Shown: positions 12,271-28,003, numbered from the stretch's first letter. The stretch is 64,000 bases of DNA from Eledone cirrhosa (GCA_964016885.1 OZ024747.1:79856001-79920000); one strand, 5' to 3'. A program made the numbers and translations. The notes: generated from the letters alone by a model not told the origin.

Positions 12271-15200
12271 TAGGAGACAAACATATAACGAAAACGCCTG
12301 GACGTACATAATATACAGAAAATAGTTAAATTAGTATTAACATGTTTAATGAGGTGAACATAAAAAACCTAATTAAAATTAATTTTGCGTTTTAATGTTT
12401 ATTTTTCCTGTTTACAGTCAAATGATTATAGACGTCATTATTAAACTGTTTATTGCCTTCTGCCAAAAGAAGAAACAATTATTAAGCTGTTTATTAAATG
12501 TTTTACATTGATACAATCATTTCTAACAAACGTGTACCTCATTTTATCAGGTCAATACAAATATCTAATATTTCATGGCGATCCCACATAAAGAACATAG
12601 CGAGAGCTCAATCTTAAAAATAGACTTCTACTTCGTCTATGATCAGTTACTGACTCACAGCATTCACATTTGCCAGTGCTTCTGTCTACCCCCATCTCCC
12701 CCCCTCTCTCTCTTCTCACACACCCGTGACTACATGCAAAAGAAAGCCACCCGAATGACTAGCTCAGGTTCACTCTCTGACACATTAAAACACCAAGTTC
12801 ATGAACACGCTGACTGCTCTTTCTGTTTTTTGTATCGATACTACAACCTCAGTTTCTCTGTACATATTACCTTGTTGTATATTACCTTCACTTAACCCTA
12901 CCTCTCGCACCCGTCTCTCGTCCGCTCGTCAGCCAAACTGAATCTTAACACGTTGGCTCCCAAGCCACATTTCCCGTTTGTCTCTGGGTCGCCATGTGAT
13001 TTTATTTTTAATTTTAATATGAGCACCATAATATTTTTTCGTTACATCATATGTGAGGCAAAGTTCACACAGAGCGGGATCTTTACCCACAACTTACCCG
13101 CAGGTCATCTATAAAATCTTAGAGATATGATGAAACGACCCAACGGATGTTCCTGCGAGTCCTGCAAAAATACCCCCACGACCCTCCGACGGGTCGTGTG
13201 GGAACTCCTAGCCCCTCCCTAACTAAGAACTTACCCAGAGGTTTCACCGGCTGAAACTTCCTCATTACATACCTTTTCTCTGCAAACAGTGACGTACAGT
13301 TCTTCAAGTTTAAACAGCATCAGAAAAGTCTTTGCCTTTCTTCCAGTATAAACCTATAAAAAAAATATACTTACATGTTTTTCTGTAGATTCATTCTTGT
13401 TTAATCTTAAAGATTCTGTAGTCAAGTGTTTTATCTGTAAACCAGTTTTGTATATTTTGATTTTTCTAAAAATTTAGTTTCGCTTTTTCACTTAAATGTT
13501 TTTCTACGTTATATTTCTGCTTGTGTGGACTTGTGAACATTTTATGTTTGAGTGACCTTAATTTTTATTTCGTTAGCTTTTGGGAAAACCGCTTGTTTTC
13601 TTTTTGATTATTCACAGTGTCAGTTATTCTGATTGATGGGGCAGATATCAACAGCTTATGTATACTGGGTATGCCGCTTGATTTAGTTTAAGATAGAAAA
13701 GTTCGTATTAGTCTGTTTACAATGTATCGGTTTTCAGTTAAGATAGAAAAAAAAAATTTCTGATGAAATACCTAATGAAAAACAACAAAAGTAATCAGAC
13801 TTTTAAAAACATAATTATCTGCATATTTCAGTTAACTTTAAACAGGATGTGTAGCTATGTTTATGCGAAATACATACAAAAAACCCCCATAAAAAGTGTG
13901 ACACCTCGGAAACTATCCTGACATTATTCATCTAACTAAAACTTCCCCACTGATAAATGTCAATATCTACATTGTCACCACTTTGTCATCCATTCAATGA
14001 AATGTTTAATGTTTCGGGTTATAACAATATTAAATAAGTCATCTAGTACCTTTTTTACACACATTTTGCCAACAAAGATTTGGTGTTAGTTATTCTTACA
14101 CATGAACATATCCAGACACACATTAACTATATATTTTTTCTTGACTATAATTGATATAGAAACTACAAGACTTTGAGATACAAGATAATTTCAGTTATAA
14201 ATGGATTCAAGACATCCTAAATAAATTCCACCTTAAGTTCAGAAGGTCTTAGCTACCCCTCTTGAACACTATAGAATTGTGTTCCGAGTCAAACATTTAT
14301 ATTATACGTACAAAACAGAATTATCAATGTGTTTAATTATATAGTGAAAATCTAATCACAATAGCAAAAAATGATGTGTCATTTTACAGACACAAGAGTG
14401 ACATTTACTACAGAAGTAAGTTTCACCTGGGGCAACAACATCAGCTCGTAATTAGGCGTGGAATAAGTCAAAGTGATAATTTTTTTTCTATTAAGGACCA
14501 ACGGGTAAAAGTATACCGAGAAGGTGCAAATACTATTCAGGCTTTCCTACATTAAAAATAGGAGCATTCTAATAAAAATATAATCAAAGATTAAAATATG
14601 GTATGTGAAATCCAGTTGGGTAACAGTTACCTGAACATTGTTTTTACAACATATTTGGATACATTTTAATGAACTCTATTGATCTTTGTTTCATTAAAAC
14701 GACATCCCAGAAGAGTAGATCTTTGAGATTAATCACTCAGCAAAAAATTCAACACATTCCTTCACATGTCCGCGCAATATGGATCATTAATGATACTAGG
14801 CATTCACTTCCTGTATTTGAAAGTTCCATAAGTTTAAGACTGAGATTAAGATTTAAAAAAAAGTTGATTTAGTTACATTCTTTTTCCCGCACTGCTGTAG
14901 GTGATCTAATCGAACGAACGAAATAATGTTAAAGTCAGTGATTGTATTGCAAACATTTAAAAACTTAGTTGAGTTCTAGGCAGCCATGTTGGAACACTAA
15001 TGTAGTTTACTATTTCTCACAAAAATTTCTAACCTATGCTTTTATGTCACTGTTTTGTCATGAAGTTAAATGTTGTTATAGTCCATTTAGCACCGTAATA
15101 TGATTGTGGCTAAACCGTTATTTTGGACAGCACTAGAAGATAAAGAGACATAAATTAGTTTATATTTTCCTCAACGTGTCTAGTTTGTTCTCTTTCCTCC

Positions 15201-15799
15201 TCTTACTCCCCCCCCCCCTCTCTCTCACGCACACACAAACACAGCTACAGACACACATACACATTGTCAGGTACACACACACAGACACATACAGACACAC
15301 ATACATATTGTCAGGTACACAGACACACTTTCTCCTGCACATTCGATAGCAAAAGAATGGTATTTTATTCCCGTAATGTATGGATTTATGTACGTTTGAT
15401 TTCAACCAATACATAAACACAAGTATAAATTGTTGCTATGGAAGTTCAATCAAATTTAGTTATTTGTCGATATTTATCCAAATTTCGGTTTTTATGCAAA
15501 GATTTTCTGAAAACAGTGAATATCATATCAGACTAGATATTATTGGTTTAGCAATTTAGATTTTCAATTTTTCCGATATATTTCTTTGTATATTTTTTAC
15601 ACCAAACTTCTAAATTCTATTTCGAAAATATATTTCGCAAAATAGAGAAATTTTATTGTTTTATCTCCTCGGGTTTTAGTTTTACCATATATATATAGAA
15701 TTGAAAGCAATTGTAAAGCAAAAGAAGACTCAATGGTTGTTTGTTTAAAGAAGAAAATGCTCAGCAAGACCCCCCCCCCCCAAAAAAAAAAAAAATAAA

Positions 15800-16720
15800 A
15801 ACTCTTCCAATCTTTCAAAATGGACGTGTTAACATTCAAGAAAATAAACGACACTTTACAATATCAATTGTCACGAAATATAAGGAAGATCATATATGAA
15901 AACATATATGAAATGAACCCTAACACAATATCCTATCAAAATGATAAAAATAATACTCTAAATCTAATAAACAAAATGGTCAACTACATTACCCTTAGTT
16001 TAAATATCAAATATATAGACGAAGTTCTAGTAATAAGGAAGCTTATATTACTATCAAGGATCAAAACACTAATCTTTAGATATCACAAGTCAATATCAAC
16101 CCGAAACAGAACTAGGAACCACAAACAACACATTTAGATACCAATTTACATCAACCTTAATAGCGATACAGCAGTAATTATTTGGATTAAAACATCCACG
16201 ATAAGCAAAGTTAAACATTAACGCAATTTGATATGATATTCGAGATATAATTAGATCGTTACCATCAAAAGACTTCGAATTTACTAAATAGCACTCCCAT
16301 TACAGATAATGACATACAAATAAGGCACGTGAGAAAATCTATTGTTTTTCAATAACATATGGATCAAGAAGCACAGCTCACAACTTTTTGATGTGAGCAA
16401 AAATCTTCGTAGAATTTTCAAATTTAATTGGTTTATATATTCTAAACACGATACACATTCCACTCAACTTTATTAATGGTGGTCGTTATAAAGATAATAG
16501 CATATTTTAAAAACACTGTAGGGCAGCAACAAGATAAATTCAGGAAATTTCTAATGAACATATATTTAATGAATAAAGCTTTTTAACGAATCTAAAAATT
16601 ACTGTAAGTATCAACTATTAAACAAGGAACCATAATAAATTCCAATTCTACATTAACTCGATGGAATATTATATATAGATAACAGTTTCAACTACCTGCC
16701 GTTTATTCTTTAAAGCTTAT
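15800..16720 (+). pseudogene. Decayed Penelope-like reverse transcriptase
   Basis: Broken reading frames give, in colinear order, INPKQN.E...HI.; ITDNDIQI-RHVRKSI; IWIKKHSSQLFDV; NLIGLYILN; GGRYKDN (eroded YRDD); YIDNSFNYLP (like YI...SNHPP). These are motifs of PLE RTs as I recall them. Confidence 0.7.
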
Positions 16721-18719
16721 ACAACTTAAAATTGCGTTTTTATTGTTTTCTTACTAAAGAGTTTTGGCTCTTTGTCATCTGAGTTCAAGTTATGCCATGA
16801 ACTAATTCAGTTGCAGATTTAACCTCTCGTTTGGTTAACATTTTCACCTGAACCTTTTGTATAATAGAAGCAACTATCGTAATATTAGTAACAGGAATTG
16901 TATTTTATCTTAAATACTCCCTCTAAAAGGAAATTGTTTCTTATCTAAGTTATTCTGTAAAGAGAATGCCTTATTATTTTTGAAACTGCAGTAATTCTAA
17001 TAGGTTACGGCAATATTAAAACTTCTAAACGTCGATTCATCTGTAATCTTACGGATACGGTATTTTAGTGTTAACCCAAGGAATAAGCTTCAGAATAGGC
17101 GCATAGTTATTCTTCATGAGAGTTTCTATGACTTTCTTTGCAGTTTCTATATTCGTTCAAATTATATGTGGAATTTTTTTTTATGTTAAAGGATATTTTG
17201 TGAGAGTTCTTTATTTTTCCCTTAAATATGAGATGGTGACTTAAGAAAAGGTATCAAGGCTGAACGCTTTCCAAAGCATTCAGTGTCTTAATTGAAAATA
17301 TATTTTTATATATCTAAAAACACCATCTCAAGGTACTCTTTCATCTTCGAAGTTTTCATTGCATCATTTCCAAATGTCTTTTCCCATAAACATCTAAATA
17401 TTATCTCATTAGAGATAAAAGAATAAAACTAAATTTCGACTATTTTTGTGAATATTGTCAGAATTTTCCCAATATTTGGCTGTGTAGCTTACCTCTTGCT
17501 ATACTGATTTCCACATGTTAGGAGAATTATTTTATTTTCTCCTGCCGGCACTCTAATGTGTATGTGTGTATGATATAACACTGTGGTGTGTGTTTTTAGG
17601 TTTGTTTCGTGTAATATGGGCGTAAGAATGGGTCGTGTACGAATGCATGATTGTGTTACTGTGTGCGTATGTATTGTTTAGAGGGGTGTGCGTATTTGTG
17701 TGTTGAGTTTCGGTGCACAAGTGTGTTATGTATATAAAAAACGTATTATGTTTATGTTGTGTGTGCGTATTCTTGTGTGTGCCAGTGAAGAGGTGGTAAA
17801 TTAAAACAATTCGGAATATTGGTTTCCAGACGAAATATCACATAATATTTGAGTTTTCTTGATTCTGTTAGCCTACGTATATTATAATTTGACACAAACT
17901 AGAATTCTTGGTCTATTTTGAGAACTATAGAGGCCGTGTTGTTGCACAGAGAAGACAATATTTATAGCAATTTTCTTGCCCGTTTAAAATAGTTTAGTTC
18001 AACATTTCCACTGACAGTAATTAAACCTACCCAGTCTAATTAGTGGGATAATAACCACTGAAGTAACACGTCAGCAACGTGATTCAAGCATACAATAATG
18101 TGATTCAAACGCAATAAAAACCCAGCAGTTCAAGGTAACATACACATGAGTTCATGTATTCTATGAAAATAGTTCCGATATAATATACACAATAGGTCAT
18201 GTGTTAGGTAAAAAATGTTTCGTGTTTCATGTAATACGAAATGGCAGAGCACAGAAGAACTGATTTAAAAGGCTGAATAGCATATATTGATAAAGATATG
18301 TATTGGAAATATACAGTATTCTTTTGAATAATTCATATTTGTAGAATGGAAATGTTCATATATGTTCATTGGGGTGTAGTACAGAAAAAGGTTTAACACT
18401 TTTTTTTAAAACAGAAACTGGCTCGGAAAATTGCATTGTGTTAAGTCTCGTATTGTAACGTTGAACAACATTCTAACATTCCCTAACTGTATGTAGCTTC
18501 CAATAGAAAAAGCACAAGAGAATATTTTCGTGCATCTTTTCATATTTGAACAGTTTATTCTCGGCCTAGTCCATCTAAAAAATGAATAATATAATTTCTC
18601 TTACATAAAAATACATCTATCGATCTAGGTTCAATTCTTGTAACAGATATTAAAAACATTTGTATACAAAAGAAATCAAGTGGTATGAAAACAGTTTTAT
18701 TTCCACAGAATGGTGATTC

Positions 18720-19240
18720 CGGCATGTGGCTTATTGGTTAGGGTAAATATACCTGATTATAAGGTCGTGAGTTTGAATTCTGGACCGGGTGATGTGCTGT
18801 ACTCTTGAGCAAAATTTCATGTTACTCCTGCCAGAAGTTGTGACTGGCAGATAGTATCAGAAATGGAAAGACCAATGGAAATATCGTGTCCTTTGTCTGA
18901 TGTGACTCCCTTTTCTTGTGTGAAGACACGTGTAGTGATTACCGTGTTTGGTTCACGATCTTAACATCGTGAATTCCATTACCTGTAACGTGTTGTGTCC
19001 TTAAGCAAGGCACTTCATTTCACATTGCTCAAATCTACTCAGCTAGAATAAATGAGTTGTACTTATAATTCAAAGGGCCAGCTTTACCAGACACCGTATC
19101 ACGCTGAATCTCCCTGAGAATTAAGTTAAGGTACAAGTGGCAGTGGAATGATAAGCCATTTTCAAGATAATTTCAGTAGCAGACTTGTTTCATTGATCGA
19201 ATCAACTGGAACACTCATCGTTCGGAACCGAGGGAGATCG
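18720..19240 (+). mobile_element. Second tRNA-derived SINE family (CORE-like), two old copies
   Basis: tRNA-like head gtggcttattggttaggg...gtcgtgagtttgaattc, and core gtgttgtgtccttaagcaaggcacttcatttcacattgctc...actcagct...aaatgagt. Confidence 0.55.
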
Positions 19241-19290
19241 AACAAAACATAAGGGGCCAGAATCTATATTAGTGGCCTATACCGAACAGA

Positions 19291-19376
19291 ACAGAGCTGA
19301 ACGGAGCTGGACGGAGCTGGACGGGGCTGAACGGGGCTGGACGGAGCTGGACGGAGCTGGACGGAGCTGAACAGAG
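19291..19376. repeat. 10-bp tandem repeat (ACGGAGCTGG), about 8 copies
   Basis: Seen directly. Confidence 0.95.
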
Positions 19377-19774
19377 TAGGTTCTGTTATTGAATTCTGAT
19401 TGGATGTATTCAGAGCTGTTACAGCTGTTCTCGCCATATATCCATCAATGTAATCACTCTTTCGCTATCAGCTTTTGTGTTTGAGACCAACATACGTGAA
19501 TCGATTCCTCATGGTTATTGATGAAGTAACATTGATGCACAGATAAACATGTCCAATAGTTTATTCATCATATTTCTTGCATACGTGTGACTTTATATAT
19601 ATTATATATATGCATTTATGTATATATTATATATATATATATAAATATGTATATACATTATATATATGTAAGCAGACGCACACACACAAACACACACACA
19701 CATATATTATATATGTACGTATGCTACATATTTTCATGTATGCTATATATGCATCTCCCCCCCTCTCTCTCTAT

Positions 19775-20410
<636 letters not shown>

Positions 20411-21507
20411 CAAGCATTCTTACTTATGTATAACTATAGCTTATATATGTAGTTGAGCTTCTAGCTCTTAGACGATCAGTATTTATTTACATTACAAGTT
20501 AAAAGAACGATGCATTGTTGAACGAATCGATTACTGGATGAATATTTCTCACACGTATGTGTGATAAGCAGTTAATTGCATGAATCTTTTATAATCATCG
20601 TTATATATGAATGAGTCATTATCTCTATTGACTTCATGTTAGGGGAAAAGAGCAGATTTGACGTTCATGTGTGTTAAACCAAGTGCATTAGTGGACACAC
20701 ACAATCTTGGTGGAATGGAATGGGTTATCGTTTTACTAGGAATCGAAATATACTTTCAGTCCATCCTAATTGAAATACATCGTTACTTTTATATCGTCTG
20801 CCAAATTTTTATACATATATTCAAATTTGAATAAATAAACTAAATGAGCCAATGAGACAGGTAGATTCTATGGTATCGGTTTATCTGCTAGAAATAGATG
20901 CTAAATATCAGTCAAATTACATCCTGGACTTTTAATAAAGGAAATATTGGGATAATGTGACTGGAGATTTACTGATAACTAAAAAAAATCAAGCAAATAA
21001 AAAATGGAATGGTCACAGCTGGAACGTATTTGATCATAGATATGCTGGGACTAAAGTACAGCAGCATATAAAACATACACTAAATGAAATACTTTCAGAA
21101 GACGACAGAAGCGACCAGAAGTTACTAGATAGTATCATTCTTCTACAAAAATTCCGAATACATCGCAAAAGTCTCTTCTATTTTTTTTCCAGTTATTTCA
21201 AAATTTTCTGTAGAGAATAATGAAAGACATGCAATTTTCTCAGATCACACTGCTCTAGTGACGATAACATATTGGTCAAAAGAACATGTTGATCAACATT
21301 CTTCAAATTGAACTATTCATCTACCATTTCAATAACACTAATTAGCTTATATATTTTTTCATTTGAAGGACTGTGACTACGACACAAACTTTAACTAGTA
21401 TGTGTCAACTATATATTATATATATGTTTAATGTGTTTCTAGAAAACATATAACAAAAACAAAACAAAGTAAAAACAACAACAATGTTAACAACAGAACT
21501 TAACTAA

Positions 21508-21683
21508 TAATTGTTTCTACTTTTGGCATAAGGCCAGCATTACTGGTACTTTATTTTATCGACCCCGTAAGGATGAAAGGCAAAGTTAACCTCGACGGGA
21601 TTTGAACTCAGACCGTAAAGGAATATAACTATGCTAGAAAGCATGGCGTCCAACCCTCTCCCGATACTGCCAATTCACCGCCA
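21508..21683 (-). mobile_element. SINE (short subfamily) with TSD ttaactaata
   Basis: Family motifs; ttaactaata at 21500-21509 and 21684-21693. Confidence 0.85.
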
Positions 21684-23247
21684 TTAACTAATACTAACCC
21701 TAAATATAATTTCATATTTAATACCGAAAGTAATATGACTCTTTAAAAAAGTGACCGAATAATAATAAAAAAAGAAAAATACTAGGATGGCTAAAACCAA
21801 ACTGAAAGTATTTCCTTTAAAGTGTAATTAAATGAATCTTTGAATCAATAAGACGATAAGATGCCCTTATATATCCCGGGTCACAATGTGCTTCCACTCA
21901 ACCCTTCATTGTGGCCTTCTCTTCCATTTTAAACAACAATTAAAATATATTATTCTATGAAAAAGACAGAAGATAAATGAAAATGTATTTTAAGAAAATC
22001 TAAAGAAAATTGCAAATTGATTACTATTGATATTCAAAAAGTAATATCCTAACCCCATTGCTAAATTGTTTCATTATTCAGAATATATTGTTTATTGGAC
22101 ACAAGCCCATATGTGGTATTCGAAATCTGAAACATACAATACAATAGCGTTTTCAGTAATTCCATTAACACAGAAGAAACGTAGAATACATGATTATAAA
22201 GTGACAACAGAGAAAATAGCAGAATGAGATTTAATATCACCAATAAAGAAGATAGATAGAAATGTAGTAAATATTTCTCCAGAATCTCTAAGGAATATGC
22301 CCTCATATTTTAGACTGTCCATTCCAAATGCTGCATTCCCAGTTTATCTTGAAGTAGTTATTTTTCAAAAACCCCCCAAAGAGAATATACATAAGTGATG
22401 AAGTGAAGGGTATTTGAAAAAAAAAGTAATTACAGACCTATCTCCCTGGATCCACGTATAAACGCAGCTATGGAAGGACATTCCGGAATAAAACTGGTGA
22501 GATTTAAAAAAAAATAGAATATAGAAATGCGTGAAAAAAATAGAATATAGAAATGCGTGAAAGATAACGGCATCCATTGCAAGGCTAAATATTTAAACAA
22601 CATCTTACTTATTTCAGTGTAGAATCTAAATGTCAAGATTTCTAGAAACAACTTAAAATCTGCAATCGTATTATATGTCAACCACAGAATTGATGGCATT
22701 TTAGAAAAAAATGAAGGAATTCATTAATTATTAGCTGCAACAGATCGATCAAGAATACGTTTTCGGCGTTTAATAGCCATATCTTATACTAATTCATAGT
22801 AAAGTGCCTAGTTTAAGACCACCAACCTTTATAATACAACTGATGGAAGTAACCCAGTTTAAGACCCCTAATCATTGTAATACAACTGATGGAAGTTCCT
22901 CAAGTGATTAGAGCTTCAACACTAACGAGTGAAACACACGCCAGCAGAATCTCAAAAGTGGTTCCATGGAACTTTAATAGAAAATGTTTGGGAGTTTTAG
23001 TAATTCGCCATTTTCCTCGTAATGAAACACAATAGTAACGATGGAGTTTTCGTTACTTTCACACATTAATTTCTACTATGACGAATAAAGGTGGGGAAGG
23101 CTGTTCCAACTAAAACCGTTTTACATTTGTTCCTTTTGTAATCATCTTTGAGAAGAAAGTCTCTATATAATCGCTACAAACAACTTTTCCTTAATGACAT
23201 GATATTTATGCAAATTACAGAAACACACAAACCTACATTCGTATTAC

Positions 23248-23650
23248 ATAATTGTTTCTACTTTTGGCACAAGGCCAGCAATTACCCCCAGTGCATTACT
23301 GGTTACTGGTACTTCATTTTATCGACCCTGTAAGGATGAAAAACAAAGCTAGCCTCGGCGGGATTTGAACTCAGACAATAAAGGGCGTAACTCTATGCTG
23401 CAAGTCATGGCGTCCGACCTTCTACCAATACTGCCAATCTGATCACTGATTTAGGCACGAGGCCAACAATTTGGGGTAAGGGAAAGTTGATTAAATCGAC
23501 CCCTGTGGGTTACTGGTACTTTATTTAATTGAAACTGTAAAGATGAAAAACAAAGCTAACCTCGGTGGGTTTAGAACTCAGAACGTAAAGAGCCATAACC
23601 AAATACTATGAAGCATTTTGTCCGGCACTCTAACTATTCTGCCAATCCAC
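23248..23650 (-). mobile_element. Two tandem SINE copies (short and long subfamily)
   Basis: Family motifs occur twice on the minus strand. Confidence 0.85.
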
Positions 23651-23668
23651 CATTATTGCTTTCGCACA

Positions 23669-23860
23669 AGGGTGGTGGCTTGGCAGTATCGGTAGAGGGT
23701 CGGACGCCATGCTTTCCAGCATAGCTACGTCCCTTTGCGGTCTGAGTTCAAATCCCACCGAGGTTAACTTTGCCTTTCATCCTTACGGGGTCGATAAAAT
23801 AAAGTACCAGTAATGCACTGGGTAATTGATGGCCTTGTGCCAAAAGTAGAAACAATTATT
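23669..23860 (+). mobile_element. SINE (short subfamily), young copy with 17-bp TSD
   Basis: attattgctttcgcaca at 23652-23668 and 23855-23871. Confidence 0.92.
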
Positions 23861-24172
23861 GCTTTCGCACATATAATGAGAATCTGGATATATGGATAAT
23901 AATGTCTTCTCTTATTATTGCTATTGTTTACCCTCCAGTCAGTCCTGATAAAGTTGACGTATGATTAAAGGTTTCCAACTGTGATAATCTCTTCTTTTAC
24001 GAAGACAGTGTATCTAGAACTACATTAATCAATATGTCTTTTTATTTTTAATACAGTATCCTTACTAATCCGATAAAACAAATATCAGTAATATATTGCG
24101 GTTAATTGACTATACTCCCGTAAATCTGGTACAAATAAGTCGTTGATTTTAATGTGGGTAAGATTATTCCAT

Positions 24173-24450
24173 AGGCGGCGAATTGGTAGAGTCGTTAGAA
24201 CGTCGGATAGAATGCTTTATAGTATTCGTTCCAGATCTTTGCTCTCTAAGTTCAAATCCCGCCGAGGTCAACTTTACCTTTCATCCTTTCGAGGTCGATA
24301 AAAAAGTACCACTCTGTACTTGGCTTGATTCTTCCTCTATATCTCTTCTTTCTCATTTCCTCTCTCTCACTTTCGATCTTTCTCTGGAAAAAATCTGTTG
24401 TATTCAAGCCTGGAGAAGGATGGGCTCCGCTAGGCTAAAAAATGTCCAAC
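24173..24450 (+). mobile_element. SINE variant with an alternative 3' tail
   Basis: Same head and core as the main SINE, then a CT-rich tract and tcaagcctggagaaggatgggctccgctagg. This tail is shared with 48275-48545 and 63575-63760. Confidence 0.7.
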
Positions 24451-24473
24451 AAACGCCGTATATCAATATGGCA

Positions 24474-24674
24474 CCCCTACGACTCTCTCAGGAGTTACGG
24501 GACCATACCAATATTAGTCCACGTTCAATAGGTGGATAACCCCCTACGACTCTCTCAGGAGTTACGGGACCATACCAATATTATTCCACGTTCAATAGGT
24601 GGATAACCCCCTACGACTCTCTCAGGAGTTACGGGACCATACCAATATTATTCCACGTTCAATAGGTGGATAAC
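24474..24674. repeat. 67-bp tandem repeat, 3 near-identical copies
   Basis: cccctacgactctctcaggagttacgggacc... starts at 24474, 24541 and 24608. Confidence 0.95.
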
Positions 24675-24739
24675 ACTTGGCAAATGTAAGACTAGGTCTA
24701 ATCACTTGAGATTTTTTACATTTCACCACTACAGTAGAC

Positions 24740-25030
24740 ATATCAAACCCTCGTCTTTATCTGGTTGCTGTCTTTGTTTAGGCCCAGGTCAGTCTTATAC
24801 AAACAACATTATCATCAAAATATTTCTTGTTTCAGGTATAATATACCCAGGACTACATTATCTAATGTGTCATTCAATTTTCTTTGAGATAGGAGGCTAC
24901 GATTTGAAGGACATTTTAGTTATTGTTGTGTAGCCCAAGGTCAATCGTGATTGAGGCATTTCAACTGTGACACCTTTCATTTATGCTAAGTATATCTAGG
25001 ACTATATTATCCAATGTACTCTTCTAATTT
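24740..25030 (+). repeat. Old dispersed repeat, tandem copies; relatives at about 20860-21050 (-), 23910-24060, 47890-48060 and 63340-63440
   Basis: Shared motif aggactacattatccaatgt...gatttgaagga..tttggctgttatttc. Confidence 0.55.
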
Positions 25031-25632
25031 CAAATGAAAAGGGTACAGTGTTTGATATGTGCGTGATTTGGCAGATATTTGTAGGAGGTGGAACTACAAC
25101 GCTGAGGTTTTCTGTTAGTCCGTTTCCACCCCGATACAAAGAAATCTATTATTTTAACCAAACGTGGACAGGGAATTGATCTTGTGACATAGATAAAGCA
25201 GTAATGGCTATACTGTTGGTGAGTGATCTTATGCCCAACTCCGTCACCGCACACACGTGGACCATACCAGCAGCACCACCACCACCACCACAACCACCTC
25301 CAACAAAATACAGCAGTAGCAACACTGCCACCACCACCACCACCAACAATAACTATAGAAGCAGCAACAGAATCATCACCATCATCACCATCACCAACAC
25401 CATCACCAACACCATCATCACCACCATCATCACCACCATCAACAATAACTGTAGAAGCAGCAACCTCATCATCACCATCATCACCTCCATCATCATCATC
25501 ACCATCAGTTCCCTAAGGTTTATCATTAAATTGTATTTCTGGAAGTATGTTTGGCATATTTAGGTCGTTTGCCAACAAATCACTTTATCGATTCTCCCCC
25601 TTCTTTCTCTCTCTGTATATATACATACATAT

Positions 25633-25722
<90 letters not shown>

Positions 25723-25820
25723 ACACATACACACACCCATATATATATAATATATATATATATACATATACATATGAATATATATGAATATTATTAAATA
25801 TATATATATAAATATGTATA

Positions 25821-25859
<39 letters not shown>

Positions 25860-25949
25860 GTAAGTATATATATAAATATATATATATGCATATAAACGTA
25901 TGTATATTTACATATATATATTTACATATGTATAATACGTATTTATATG

Positions 25950-25996
<47 letters not shown>

Positions 25997-26367
25997 CGTA
26001 TATATGTAACATAAAAATATAATTCTCTTCACCATAACTTGTCCACATCTCGATATATCTATTTAAACGATTACTAAACTGGCGAAATGTTTACTCATAA
26101 AACAAAATAAAGAAAGAAACGATATGAAACCATCCAAAACCAAAATAAATGGAAACGAACAGACGATTTGATCAAATGAAAGCTTCGACGACTAAGTGCA
26201 AGAAAAGGAAAGAGAAAAACAAGAACAATAATGTGAAATAAGAAATAACGAAAGAAAATATGAACAAACTTAAAAGTTATAGAAATAATAAATATAAGTG
26301 TAAAATATATATCGCCTACCGATATTGTTTATCTGTATCCCTATATTTGCCCTATATCTATGTATAC

Positions 26368-26398
<31 letters not shown>

Positions 26399-26498
26399 TG
26401 TATGTATGTATGTATGTATGTATGTATGTATGTATGTATGCATGTATGTATGTATGTATGTATGTATGTATGTATGTATGTATGTATGCATGTATGTA

Positions 26499-26598
26499 TG
26501 GCTGGACTAAAAAGTCACACTCGTTCAGCGCATCGGTAGGGGTTCTCCTACATGGATATAAAGTAGTGGCCGTACTCGAAAACGAGTTGGCAGCCACC
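26499..26598 (+). mobile_element. 3' end of the RTE-like element (see 49520) within (ATGT)n
   Basis: Essentially identical to 49974-50073, with (ATGT)n on both sides. A related 35-nt terminus lies at 26828-26862. Confidence 0.85.
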
Positions 26599-27033
26599 AT
26601 GTATGTATGTATGTATGTATGTATGTATGTATGTATGTATGTATGCATGTATGCATGTATGCATGTATGCATGTATCTATGTATGTATGTATGTATGTAT
26701 GTATGTATGTATGTATCTATGTATACATATGTATGTATGTATGTGTGCATGTATGTATGTATGTATGCATGTATGTATGTATGTATGTATGCATGTATGT
26801 ATGTATGTATGTATGTATGTATGTATGTGGCCATACTCGATAACGAGGGGGCAGCCATCATCATGTATGTATGTACGTGTGTAGGTATGTATGTAGGTAT
26901 ATATATATATATATATGTATGTATGTAGGTAAATATGTATGTATATGTAGGTATATATATGTATGTAGGTATATATGTATGTATGTAGGGATATATGTAT
27001 GTATGTATGTAGGTATGTATGTATGTATGTATG

Positions 27034-27093
<60 letters not shown>

Positions 27094-27172
27094 TATATAT
27101 ATGTATATATGCACATAGACCCATATGTTCACGTATTCATGACGTGTGTATCTGTCTCTCTATCTCTCTCTC

Positions 27173-27217
<45 letters not shown>

Positions 27218-27527
27218 GTATGTGTGTGTATATGTGTGTGTATAATGCGAAAACTTTGCTTATTGACAAGTGTGCCTTAGTTTCTTTGAAGATTTTGAAA
27301 GCAATGATTAAAAACTTTCAAATTACACACTCACACACATACACATATATGTATACATATATACATATACAAACATACACACATACACATACATAGTACC
27401 AGCTTTTGATTCCTGATTCTGACCAGATCGATACAGATCGAACCTTGAGCTGATCAATAGCGAAAAACGCGTCACTTCTCAATAAGTAATGAAGACCTAA
27501 CAAATCGTCCTATTTATAATTAATTAA

Positions 27528-27681
<154 letters not shown>

Positions 27682-27854
27682 CACACACACACACATATAT
27701 ATATATATAATTATATGTATGTATACACACTCACACACATATACGTGTGTGTATGTATATACCATTTTCTTAATTGAAACTTATACTTTCCTCTCATGTA
27801 TTAAGTGCTGAGTCAGGTAAGGTTTAACTAGTTCCCTGAATGTTTGTACATAAA

Positions 27855-27960
<106 letters not shown>

Positions 27961-28003
27961 ATATATATATGTATATGTATGTATATATATATATATGTAT
28001 ATG

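Noticed and set aside
13755-13790. CTGATGAaatacctaatGAAA
   Set aside because: Core words are present but stems I, II and III do not pair; probably chance.
22270-22600. Possible decayed Tc1-like transposase on the minus strand (YSLWG-F-LKNN)
   Set aside because: Only faint motif similarity; needs BLASTX.
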